Shown piece after piece: positions 1-11,485 of a stretch of 64,000 bases of DNA. Each line of letters starts with the position of its first letter. Position 1 is the stretch's first letter. A program made the translations under genes and the position numbers. Source of the stretch: Paramecium tetraurelia (taxonomy: Eukaryota); contig CT868119.1 of the NCBI GenBank assembly GCA_000165425.1, positions 248,001 through 312,000 on the forward strand. The letters are read 5' to 3'. Below the pieces are notes generated by a model that did not search any database, had not been told where the DNA came from, and saw only the letters and a program-made list of their open reading frames with translations.

Positions 1-1566
1 TTTAAAATTGCATTCAATAAAGCTGTCTTTCCACATCCAATCCTACCAATTATCATGTTGAGAGTATTCTTCCTTATTTTCAGTTCTGCCAACCTCAATT
101 AGAATGTCTCACTATCATTGGAATTACTCTCCTTCGTTGGCCATTTGAATTTAATCTAAGGTATCTCTATTACATATTCTTCTCCGATACAATTTTTATA
201 TCTAATTATTTCTTCCTCATTGATTTCCTTAAGGTCTAAATAAGTTTTAATACGCTTGTAGGAAACAGTCGTATTGATTAGTTGGTTAACTGAATAAGGA
301 ATCACTCCCAAAGGAAATGTCAATAAATTAAATAAGGCTATAATTGTGAAGACGTTAGTTGATTTCAATGCATCCTCTCCATTTTCTTTCACATAACTGG
401 ACAAGAAGAAGTAGAGCAATATGTAACTGATACTACTCCATTGGACATTATTTATAATATCTATTATTTTCTACCACCTGATATATCCAAATTCTTTTTC
501 TCTGATTGCCAAGATTTTATCATTGAAAGTTTGTTCCCATGAAAGATATTTTATTTGTTTCATCCCCTCAATGACATCCGAAGACAATGCTAATCTGCTA
601 TCCTTTTGGACCAAAGCCTTTCTATAAAACATCTATAAACAAACTGGATAAATTATTTACAATTGTCAAAGTAGTTGTAAAGGAATTAAATATAACCACA
701 CAGCCCAGTACTATTAAACCAGTCCAAACAGCATTCCCTAATTTAAGGTACAACATGTACAAGGCTATACTGATAGTCACCAAAGATGAAGATACTAATA
801 CGTATTATAATTTAAATTACATCCAAAAACACCCCAATATATACCGGAGAGTTCTTCGATATCAACTGTCAACAAATTGTTAACGTTGGCTACATACTCC
901 TCATCTCCATCCTTTTTATCCTTCATTTCTTTTTGCACTGTTTCCTAAAGATACTTTGTTCTTAAGGCCTTTTAATAAATCAGATATTGCCCAACTATTT
1001 TTAATAATGTCGTAAATTAGTTTTAATAATTGTTCGAAATTGACTCCAAGTAAGTTCCAAATGTATAAACAATTGTCATTGTCAATAACAATAAAATGGG
1101 TTTCAAGATTTTGTGTTCGTCTTCGGGATCGTTATAGTCCTTGATTGAATCAGTGACTTTATCTAATAAGTACACCGATCCGATTTGAATTGCTTTGTCC
1201 AAAAAGTTTAGCAATCCTATAAATATGAACTTCCCCATAAACAAGGACTTAAATATGTAAAAGGTAGGAGTTTGATATTCCCTCTCCAGACTAATATTAT
1301 TCTTTTTTCTCCTCTCTAACTCATTTAATTATATCCTACAATTCAATTATGTTTTACCTCTCAACTAGATCTATTGCCTTTTGAGGTTTTAAATTAGGCT
1401 CTAAAAAGTATTGCAAATCCGTATTCTCAAGTTGATCCGATTTCCTATTTATTAGTTCAATCAAAGGAGTAATGTTGGTGAATAAAAAATTGCATTCCTT
1501 GAAGTTCTCATGGCCGAGCAAAGACTCCTAATACTCACTTTCATCCTGTATCCCAACTCTCTTCAT
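1..1566 (-). CDS. ABC transporter, ABCC/MRP-like; 5' part only (TMD1 and start of NBD1), runs off the window
   Basis: Code-6 translation from ATG 1566 (MKRVGIQDESEYQESLLG...), 22-nt intron near 1337-1358. TM segments, IEGMKQIKYLSWEQTF, FTIIALFNLLTFPLGVIP and Walker A GRIGCGKT near 25-48. Confidence 0.93.
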
Positions 1567-1876
1567 TTTAGTTAAATTTTAAATCAATAATAAAATTAAA
1601 TTAATCAATTCTCAAAAATATGCGGAATCGTTTATGTAACACTTACAATGTAATAATACCTGTTAATTCTACAATTAATATTTTAAATTCAGGACACTTC
1701 ATACCTGAAAAATTAAAATAATTTAAGGTTTGATTTAAGTAAAAATAATTATACCTTTAATTCAAAGTTTTAAATAAGTTAAAAATTAAATGATAATTTT
1801 TAATAAATTGAATACCGTCTTAATAATTCCATTTCAAAATTGTAATAACAATTCAAATGAAATATATTATATTTGA

Positions 1877-2687
1877 ATGATAATATATCTGGAGACTAAG
1901 TTTAATTCAACCATCTTAATCTTGATTCCAGATGGAGTGCATACTGATGGATTTATTTTAAAATGTCTTATACTTGATTTCTAAATATTAAAGAACAACT
2001 TTATATAAAAATTGGGACGGCTATTTAATAAAGAGAAATTGCTGAGCAAAATAAATTGTCTTTTAATATTTTCTGAATCGTACTGAATATAATATTTAAT
2101 TGATTATGTAATGGAGCTTCAAAATATATTGCAAAATTAGTAAATTCTTCCCTTTGTGTAATTTTAATTTTTTTAAGTTCAATTTATATCATGATCATTA
2201 TTAAATTAATTTGAAACTAATCAGTTTATGATGCATTCTTAAGCAGGGCGATCTTCTTAAAGTAAATCCATATAGTAAGATTTTGTAAGCCCAACTGACT
2301 TTGCTAAAACTTTAGGCTAATTAGCCAATTTGATTATGAATTTGAATTAAGGAGGGTAGAGTGGAAAATGGGTGAGGAATTCTATTTTATATTGTTTTAT
2401 ATTCTTAATAAAGTATAAAAAATATTATTATGCAACAATAATTTACGGATATTAATTTGAATACATTTTATTTATATAAAGACGCTCTGGCTGAGGGGGA
2501 AAAACAATATAAATAGGGTCAAATTAATTAATTAAATAGCTTGATAGAAGCCTTGGAACAACAACAAAAGGAGGGCTACAAATTTGCTTAATTTTACAAG
2601 ATGCTTAATGAGCAAGACCTTAACAAAGAGTTTACTGCACGAATTTTGGGGAACAACTTTGATAATAATAAAAAAATCAGTTGGTGA
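1877..2687 (+). CDS. Hypothetical protein; 5' exon structure unresolved
   Basis: Clean 3' frame DALAEGEKQYKQGQINQLNSLIEALEQQQKEG...NNKKISW-TGA(2685-2687). Upstream frames are ambiguous, so the start is provisional. Confidence 0.4.
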
Positions 2688-2754
2688 ATGTTCTATAGAT
2701 AATTATTTTAGCTATTAATAATTGTTTATTAATATTATATAATATCAGATTAAA

Positions 2755-3644
2755 ATGAATACAAAGTCATCTATCCCTACTTTCATTCTAAAAACTTATT
2801 AAATGTTAGAAGTATGTTAATATTTAAGTATTTCAGGATCAAAAGAACACTAATGTAATTAGTTGGACTTCTTAAGGCACTGCATTTATAGTATACAATT
2901 AAATTTTGCTGGAGAAAGAAGTTTTATAGAATTTCTTTAAGCACAGCAATTATTCGAGCTTTGTAAGGTATCGAATAAGAAATATGATTGTAGACAATTG
3001 AATTTATATAATTTTAAAAAAGTGAAATCAAATGAAGGTCAAATCTTCAAGCATAAGTGCTTCCGCAAAGGCATGAAGTAATATCAAATCATCTAATTTA
3101 GATCAATGTTGTCATTTATCAAAAGAAAAAATCAAGATGATTCAGTAGGAGGATCTAATACCCTAGTTCAAGAAGAGCCAAGTATGTATATCACATTCAT
3201 CGTTTAGCCATTCACATCAAGGAAGAATAGAATCTATTTAAGGAGTGCGCCATTGATATCAAAGAAACAAACAATAAGTTAAAAGAGGATATGAAATTAT
3301 TATAAGAAACATCATCTTATTTAATTGATTAAATGCAAAATCTTAATCACGTATTTATTTCATTAGCCACAATAGTTTGTTTATAATTAAAGTGTTGACA
3401 TAGAAGTTAAGTTCAAATAAGTAGGATAAATGTTGCATGCAATCAATGAAGAATTGAGATAAGAGAGTAAGAATTTAGTTTATAAATGTAAGATAAAAGT
3501 GAAACCATTACAAACAAATTTATGGATAAAAAAGAAGAATCATTTTAAGAATCAAAAGTAGGTTCTCCAAATCCTTATGTGGATTACAACAGTACGGCCC
3601 TAAATCCCTTAGATTATGAGTATTTTATTGACTCATTTCTATGA
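2755..3644 (+). CDS. Heat-shock-factor (HSF-type DNA-binding domain) transcription factor
   Basis: Spliced translation MNTKSSIPTFILKTYQMLE/DQKNTNVISWTSQGTAFIV...FFKHSNYSSFVR/QLNLYNFKK...FKHKCFRKG matches the HSF signature, followed by a coiled coil. Several ~25-nt introns. Confidence 0.93.
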
Positions 3645-3903
3645 GAAGATTATTAAATTATTTTTTTAACTAATTAATTAAAAACAAATAAACATCAATA
3701 ATGTCAAGTTAAAACTTCATTTATGATTTTAATCAGTTTTATTTCTACATTATAACTAATACAATAATAATTAATATAAATACCTTTCTTGATATTATTT
3801 ATTAATGTAAAACATAAGTGAATCACATCCATTCTTTTAAAAATCTTGAAAATTCCAGAACCTAAGAAATCTATTGATGATTGGCTGCTTATAAAATAGA
3901 TTT

Positions 3904-4239
3904 TCATGTGACCTCTAAAATAAGTTCCTTAATTTTTAATAGATTTAGAAGTATTTGATTTATCATTAATTAATTAAACACACCTTCTATCATGGTTATC
4001 AAAACTAAGACTCTCAGTCTGTGATCTTTTAATTGATATTTTTAAGTATCAGATGGTTTTAATGATCTTTTTTACTATTTAGATTTTTTTAATTTATCAT
4101 CTTGCTACTTCAAGCTTGATAAATTGAACAATAAAGAGTTTGTTTCATAAGAATTTACTTTAAAGAAGGTTGAGTTATAATATATTTACTAGTATCCAAT
4201 ACTTAAAAAGAAAATTAAAATATTTGCATTTAATCTCAT
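3904..4239 (-). CDS. Possible small hypothetical protein
   Basis: Code-6 ORF MRLNANILIFFLSIGYQQIYYNSTFFK...ELILEVT-TGA with a hydrophobic N-terminus. No recognisable family. Confidence 0.25.
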
Positions 4240-4322
4240 TATTAATTATTTATATGTAAAAACAAAATAAGTCATTTTTTGAGTAAGAAACTTGGTTTGG
4301 CTGAAATCGAATTGCCATTAGA

Positions 4323-5070
4323 ATGGAGATCTCAATTTATTAAATGGACAAAAAAGTTAGAAAAATAAGATAAATATTAAGAGAAGTTGAAGGCTAGTAT
4401 AGAAATAAAAAATAATGAATACTATCTAATCATCGAAGATGAAAAGGATGAAAAATAATCAGTTAGAATGAATATAAGCGACCTAAAATAGCCTATGAAT
4501 AAATGTAATTTATTAATACCATCACCTCCTTATAATGAGCCAAGGGATATTTAAAACATCCATTGTTTACCATACAAAGCAAAAGCAAAAATTGAAAATA
4601 ATTAAAAAGATGTTGAAGAATTGCAAAATAAATTTCGTGGCCTTAAATATAGTGATAAATAGAAATAGAAATATAAAAATTATTCTAGCAGTTCAGAAGT
4701 TGAACAAAGTCCTAGCGAAGATGAATTTTCAGGATTTTAAATTCCTGTTCTCTTCCAACTCTCTCATTTAGGTATTTAATTATTTCAACTCAGAAATTAG
4801 AGAATCACAATAAGGAAAATAAAATTAACCTGCAGAAGCTTACGATAAATCAAATTTAAGGAGTAACTTAATTGATTTCTTGAGAACCAAAGGTGACAAT
4901 GGAGCTAACATCTAAGAGATAAAGTAATACTATAAATTCCAAAGCGTTCCAGAAGTATGAGTTGAAATAAATAATAGAAACATTTAAGAGATTCACTAAA
5001 ACTGTTTGCAAAAACTACAATGAGGGCGAACAAATTAATTTACATCTTGCCTTCTACCTTATAGAATTGA
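4323..5070 (+). CDS. Hypothetical protein with C-terminal winged-helix-like segment; possible TFIIF beta (RAP30/Tfg2)
   Basis: Two ~22-nt introns. C-terminus YDKSNLRSNLIDFLRTKGDNGANIQEIKQYYKFQSVPE/KHLRDSLKLFAKTTMRANKLIYILPS. The gene is well supported but the family call is tentative. Confidence 0.55.
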
Positions 5071-5400
5071 AATATACATGATTAAGAAATCATATGCATA
5101 GATAATACAAATATTATATTATTTAATATAACATTTAATATAATATATTTTTTCTGTTTATAAAGAAATTTATAATATAAATTCTCATGATATATTTAGC
5201 TTAATAATATATAATAAGATAGATTATCTGAGAGAAATTGTCAAATTATTTGATTGATCAAGGATGAAGATACTTGAGAAAATCAAAAGATTATAAACAT
5301 ATTATAGGTTTTTAAAAACTAAACTATCCTTGAAATTTTGTTACTATAGGAAAAAAGTGTTTCTAAAAAAGCTTGAATTGAATGAGTTTATAAATAATAA

Positions 5401-5852
5401 TCAGTTGTTTGTTGCTAGATGTTCATAAAAGCTATAGGAACGAATGAGCGTATTATTTTCCCTCACTTCTATTTTTAGATTATTTGCTTAAGGTATTGTT
5501 TAAGAAGTCTTATATCCTGCTAATTTTTTCGTATTAAGCACATCAAGAATAACAACTGGAATTGACCGTTTATTATTTTTGTAATAATGAATAAGAGATT
5601 TAGCACTAGAATAATTGAGATCCAAAGCTTTCGCAACCTAAAACTTAAAAAGATATATTTTACCTACTTTATCTATTTGCCCTCTTAAAATACCTCTCTA
5701 AACAACTATATCTATTGTTCTATAGGGATTTTGTGAACTTTTCTTGTATTTAATTTGGAAACTATTCTTTTTGGGACATAATCTTCTCCATCAGAGCTCT
5801 ATGTGCTAGAGATAGGATCTTGGGTTTAGTGATGATATATTTGTTGGCTCAT
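5401..5852 (-). CDS. Small helix-turn-helix (homeodomain-like) DNA-binding protein
   Basis: MSQQIYHHQ...KVHKIPIEQQIQLFREVFQEGKQIKQ/VAKALDLNYSSAKSLIHYYKNNK...-TGA, with one 26-nt intron. HTH pattern. Confidence 0.75.
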
Positions 5853-6089
5853 ATGTCAATAAAGGTTTAAGATATTAATTATATAATTAACAGTGATTAT
5901 GAATTATTTCATTATGATTTTTAATTATCTAGAAATTATATCTTCTGATTTTCTAATAATTAAATATACAATGTATATTACAATATAAAATCGATCAGTT
6001 CTAACAAATGGAGGAGATACATAAAATCTTAAGATATGGATCAAAAATAATAATTATAAATTTATCTTGATATTATTTATATTTCTAAT

Positions 6090-6710
6090 TCATTAGGCTG
6101 CAGCAACAGGAGGTTTTCTCATTTCTCTGACAAAGCGCTCGTAGATTTCATCTTCTCTTTGTTTAAGCTCATTCTCAGTACTTGGAGCATAATAATTTGG
6201 ATAATCCAATCCTGATGAGTTTGATATATATAAATTACCATATTTTGTAATTTTGAGTAGTTGTTTCTCAACATAATTCACAACTTTGGAAGCATCAGCC
6301 CAATTTCTATTAGCATTTGATCTATGTCCAAGAATAAATGGTGGTCTCAGATGAAAATATTGATTTTAATAGTTCTAAAAATTAGAAAGAATATTACAAG
6401 TATTTTTTCAAGTCTTGCACTAACAGGATAGAGATTAGTAACTCTACCTGATTCATGATTTAGGAATGCTCTCATATGGTTCAGAAATGATTCGCCTTTG
6501 ATAAATTCTTGAAATACCAACTCTTAATCTCTTGGCAAATGCTTCATATTCATATTCAGTCAAATCAGGTCTTAATGTGCTAAATGATGATTTATAATAT
6601 TTGAAATGCTATTCAGTTGTCATCTATCTTGCATTGATGGCTATTCCTCTTTCTGGGTCAATGTATACTTCATCTGTATCTGTTCCTCTTTGATTTCGTA
6701 ATTAATTCAT
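6090..6710 (-). CDS. Hypothetical protein (~180 aa), unassigned
   Basis: MNQLRNQRGTDTDEVYIDPERGIAINARQMTTEQHFKYY...RPPFILGHRSNANRNWADASK...REMRKPPVAAAQ-TGA. Three introns (22, 23, 27 nt). AGA/GCT-biased codons suggest high expression. Confidence 0.8.
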
Positions 6711-7519
6711 TATTATATAAATTAATACTAATTTTAACTTTTATTTTAATACAAATTCCTGAAACTTAGAATACTCTCTACTATTAGAACTGTCTATTTC
6801 TACAATAGCAAATAGTAAGTCATGTATTCTTAGTGGCGTCCAACTTGATAGTAATAAACAGATGTTATTCTATAATTTAATTTACTCTAATAATTAAATT
6901 ATGACTAGAATTTTTCTGAATTATGCAACTTTTAGGAATTTAAATTACTTTAAAGTAAATTATTTTTGTTTTAAGTTCAATTAACTGATGATCTTCTTAC
7001 AAATTGGTTACTCATAAACAACATTCCAAACAGTTGAAGTGAACTTATAACATAATCAATTAATTTATAAAAATACTCAAATATTACAGCTGTAAATAAC
7101 AAAAGCTACTAACTATATAAGAAGATCATAATTATGAATTATATTTGTAATTTTTCTAAACAAAAAATAATTGTGTAGAAGTTCATTAAATGATTTTGGT
7201 TCATTTATTAGTCCAAAGCTTAGACGATTTGATTATTATATCAATTTTATGAATACTAATTTTAGTATCGCAATTCATTGATTTTTATTTCATTTTATTG
7301 ATACTTATAATTTTAGACATTCTTTTAAACTACAATAATTTAGAACCAATTATTGTGTTATCTAAGAGTAATGTAATTTATCCAATTTGCTCTGAAATCT
7401 TTTATTTTATTTAACAATATTCTATTATCCTATAACTCTTATTTTCTATTGATTGTTTGATACAATATTTCTAAATTAAGATGATAAATAAACATTTTTA
7501 TCATTGGAAAATGGGAGGA

Positions 7520-7669
7520 NNNNNNNNNNNNNNNNNNNNNNNNNNNNNNNNNNNNNNNNNNNNNNNNNNNNNNNNNNNNNNNNNNNNNNNNNNNNNNNNN
7601 NNNNNNNNNNNNNNNNNNNNNNNNNNNNNNNNNNNNNNNNNNNNNNNNNNNNNNNNNNNNNNNNNNNNN
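7520..7669. other. Assembly gap (150 N)
   Basis: Run of N in the sequence. Confidence 1.
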
Positions 7670-8276
7670 ACAAAAGAAGACTTACAGGAGGTCGTATGCC
7701 AATCCATAAGAAGAAGAGAGCTTTTGAGAAAGGAAGATAAGCTGCAATGACTAAATTGGTTTCAGGAGAAAAGAGAGTCAGAAGATTAAGAGTGAGAGGA
7801 GGAAATTTCAAATTCAGAGCTCTCCGTTTATCTGAAGGCAATTTCTCTTGGGGAAGCCAAGGTGTTGCTAAAAAAGCTAAAATCGTTGAGGTGGTTTATC
7901 ATCCATCCAATAATGAATTGGTCAGAACCAAAACATTGACCAGAGGTGTAATTGTCTAAGTTGATGCTACTCCATTCAAATAATGGTATGCCAAGAAATA
8001 TAACGTTGAATTGGGATCAAAGAAGAAGAAGGTAATTGATCATCATCATAATCATAGGAAACAACTGGAGAATAACCTAAGAAATTAAGTTCAAAGTAAG
8101 AGAAAAGAGCCAAGGAAAATGTTATTGATTAATTCGTCTAAGAATAATTTGCCAATCAAAGATTGTTAGTCAGAATTACATCAAGACCAGGATAATCAGG
8201 AAGAGCTGATGGCTACATCTTGGAAGGAAAGGAATTAGAATTTTACATCAAGAAAATCGAATAGAAGAAGAAGTGA
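7670..8276 (+). CDS. RPS8: 40S ribosomal protein S8 (eS8); true start probably inside the N gap
   Basis: [29 protein letters not shown]...[14 protein letters not shown]...[10 protein letters not shown]...[22 protein letters not shown]. Intron 8032-8057. Confidence 0.98.
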
Positions 8277-8372
8277 TTTCCATCATCAATACATTAAATT
8301 GCATAATAATAGTACATCCTAGAAAATATTGTTTTCATAAACACAATTTAAATTAAGATATTTAAATTGATA

Positions 8373-11200
8373 TCATTTTTTCCTCTTTTCTGATCCAAAT
8401 AACTTCTAATATTAGTTTAATTTGTTCACAGTACTGTGAGCTGTTGTTTTAGGAGATGGCAAATTACAAAATTATTCTGTTTTAATTCTTTCAATTTAAT
8501 TTTTTTGATTTTAATCAGGGATTGTTGTTATTCTGTCCGAACTTAATAATTGCTTTGATTGATCAAATAGAAGTTTTAGTTTCTAAAATATGGGATTTAA
8601 CTTACTTTTAATTCTTAAAAAGAAATTTGAGAATTTTACTATGTTTTCGAATAACCATGACTCATTTTTAGAGATTCTTACATTATTTAAGAAGGCTTAG
8701 TCAAAAGATTATGCTTCTTAAAATAATCCTGAGTTTCACTTTTTATACTTGCTTTTAAAGATTTTTTACTTTCTTAAGGAGAGTACTAACATGTAAAGGA
8801 TTTAATAATACCTTAGCTTTATTTATTACCTATTTTGGTGGAGATATTGGTTCTTTTTATAAAAATTGGGAATACAATTTATTGCCATTTATTATATTAG
8901 ATCTATTGTGGTATTCCTCCTATTTCACTTTTTAATAGTAGAAGTTCTATAATTAATATTTTGCTGCGTCGACATTCTTTAAAATACAATATAACAATTA
9001 CTTGAAATTCATTAGTCATATTGATTGCAAACTATTTCCTGAATTCAGCATCCCCCTTATTAAACTCCTCTTCATCAAAATTATATTTTAAAGGTTCAGG
9101 CTTATAAGGAGTTGGTAATTGCCGATTCATAATTTTTTCAAAATCAACATCATTAAACCAAGGATGACTTAAAATTTCAATAACTCCTTCCTTTGATCCT
9201 AATCTTTCTTTAGCATCTTTTTCTAGAAGAGATATAATTAAATCTTTTAATTAATTTGAAATTTAAACATAATCAGGAAATTAAATGGTTTCTGTTAAGA
9301 TTGAATGATAAATTTCTTAAGTATTATGAGAGTAATAAGGAGGCAGACCTGAAATCAACTCATAGAGCAATGCTCCTAAACAGTAGCAATCAACTAAGTA
9401 ATTATGACCTGTTTTCATAAGCATTTCAGGAGCCATATATTCAGGAGAACCACAAAATGAATAAGCAAAATCATCAGCTGCCATATCAGGTTTAGAGAGT
9501 CCGAAGTCACTTAACATGAGATGGCCTTACAAATCTAATAAGATATTTTCTGGTTTGATGTCCCTATAGACAATATTTTAAGAATGCAGATAATTCATTC
9601 CTATGCAGATTTCAACAAAGTAATATTTAGCATCTTATTCATTTAATTTTTTCAATTTTCTTAAATGATAAAATAGCTCACCTCCTGCACAATAATCTAA
9701 AACAAATGCAATGTAAAATTTTGATTCGAATGCATAATGCAAGGGTATGATATATTGATTCTCCATTTTAATCATGATATCCCTTTCATTTTATACAATA
9801 ATTTCTTTGTTATTGTCAATTATAAACTTTTTATCAATCAATTTTAATGCATAGAATACTCCATTATCTTTTTTTCTAACTAAATATACCCTCGAGAACC
9901 CTCCTACACCAATGCATTTTATTAATTGAAAATCCTTCAATCCAACCTTTTTTGTAGTTTATGGCTAAGAATACATAGGTTATAAAGAAAGCTTTATTCC
10001 TTGAAATACTGTCAAACTCATATCTGATAGAGATAAGTAATAATCAAAAGGAACTTTTTTTTGTATTGTGCAAAACTAACAAATCTTTTTGATCTCTAGA
10101 ATCTATTTTAAACTTTACCAGCTTGTATTTAATCATCATTAGTAGAGCCTGTGCCTCCATCCTATTGGGCATGATGTTTTTCAATGCTTGCTATTTATTA
10201 GATCAAATAATTATAGAGATCACATGTAGATTAGTCGGCATAATCGAATAAGTAGTAATATCTATTAGGGTTGTGGTGATGCATTACTTTGAATTTTTGT
10301 AGTATAAAATTATCTAGAGTTTCTGTTTGGGATCATACTCCAACATCTCATCACTCTTTGTTTTGGTTTATTATTTAGGTTAAGGAGTTTGTTCAGTTTT
10401 TGAGTGTCCCTGATTCAGAGATTTTGATTCAATATCGGTTTTTCTGGTAATTTTGGGTTGCATTATTTAATAGGAGCCTTTTGTGCCTTTTTAATTGAAA
10501 AAAACATCTTCTATTGATTATTTATGATTAGTTGAAGTATCTGAAATAATAGATTATTTATTTAATTTTTAATTAAAGTACTTTTGATATTAGTTTTAAA
10601 TTATTTAAGCATTTTTCAACTTTAATATATTAATTAATTACCATATCGCATAAATATTATTCTTTTTATTGTTATTTCTTATTTTCTGGTTTGCTTTAAC
10701 CTTTAGGTGTCTAATTGTATGAAGTTTTTGTTGTCAATGGACGCTTAGCCAATTCTTTTTTCTATATGATAATCCTTCTTTAATTACTTCTAAAGATACT
10801 GTCGCTAATGATAGATTCTTGTTTTTCAGAGTTATCTTCTTTGAATTGCTACCCTCCTCAGTTTGAACACGCAATTCAGCAACCTATTAAAATTTACTAA
10901 TGTTCAAATTACATTAGGTTATGAAGTTTTGATTCGATCACTTTTTAATGTTTGCAGAAACACATTATCAATACTTTTACTCCCTTTTAATTTAGCTCTC
11001 ATTAGATTAGTTGATTATGCCATTGAATTTCTTTCCCTCTTAAAATAATCAAGTAATTTTGCTTTTGCTTTTTCTAAATGTCTCTCTGTTTTTATTGTGC
11101 CAGCAATGGTTTTCATATTTTTCTTTTCTAATCTTTGTGGGGAGTCTTAAAAACTATTTTTGTCAGCAACCTTTTCCGACTAATGACTAAGCTTCTTCAT
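8373..11200 (-). CDS. AGC-family Ser/Thr kinase (S6K/Akt/SGK-like) with long N- and C-terminal extensions
   Basis: IGVGGFSRVYLVRKK, YALKLIDK, YRDIKPENILLD, SDFGLSK, SFCGSPEYMAPE and an AGC C-tail (PYKPEPLKYNFDEEEF). Extension to ATG 11200 needs one apparent 1-nt frameshift near 10853; otherwise the start is ATG 10463. Confidence 0.92.
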
Positions 11201-11485
11201 TGATGAAGTTAAATAATTTATATAATGAATTTATATTATACAAAAATCATTACATTATTATAGTTTACACTAGTTATTAAAATATCTGAGTACTTTTTTG
11301 TTACTCAATCTTTGATATTTATTTTGTTTGTTCAAAAATTTAATACTTAAAATCAGTTATTATGATACTTCATTTAATAAATTAATAATCTGAAAGCTGG
11401 GACGAAATGAAGTACATGAAAAATGAGTAACGCTAACTTAAAAAGTGTTTTCACGTATTTCATCAAGAATATTATATATATAAAA

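Noticed and set aside
587..883. Antisense or alternate-frame ORFs from the track (e.g. 587-883, 19962-20216, 20744-21097, 30991-31224, 60307-60570, 62757-63041)
   Set aside because: They are shadows of well-supported genes on the other strand or in another frame.
7476..7750. ORFs spanning the N run, including ATG-GGA-GGA at 7511 as the RPS8 start
   Set aside because: These are artefacts of the gap. eS8 normally begins MGISRD only about 8 codons before KRR, so the true start is probably inside the gap.
11388..11470. Possible C/D snoRNA on the - strand (TGATGA at the 5' end)
   Set aside because: No CTGA D box at the 3' end (it reads CAGA) and no convincing rRNA guide.
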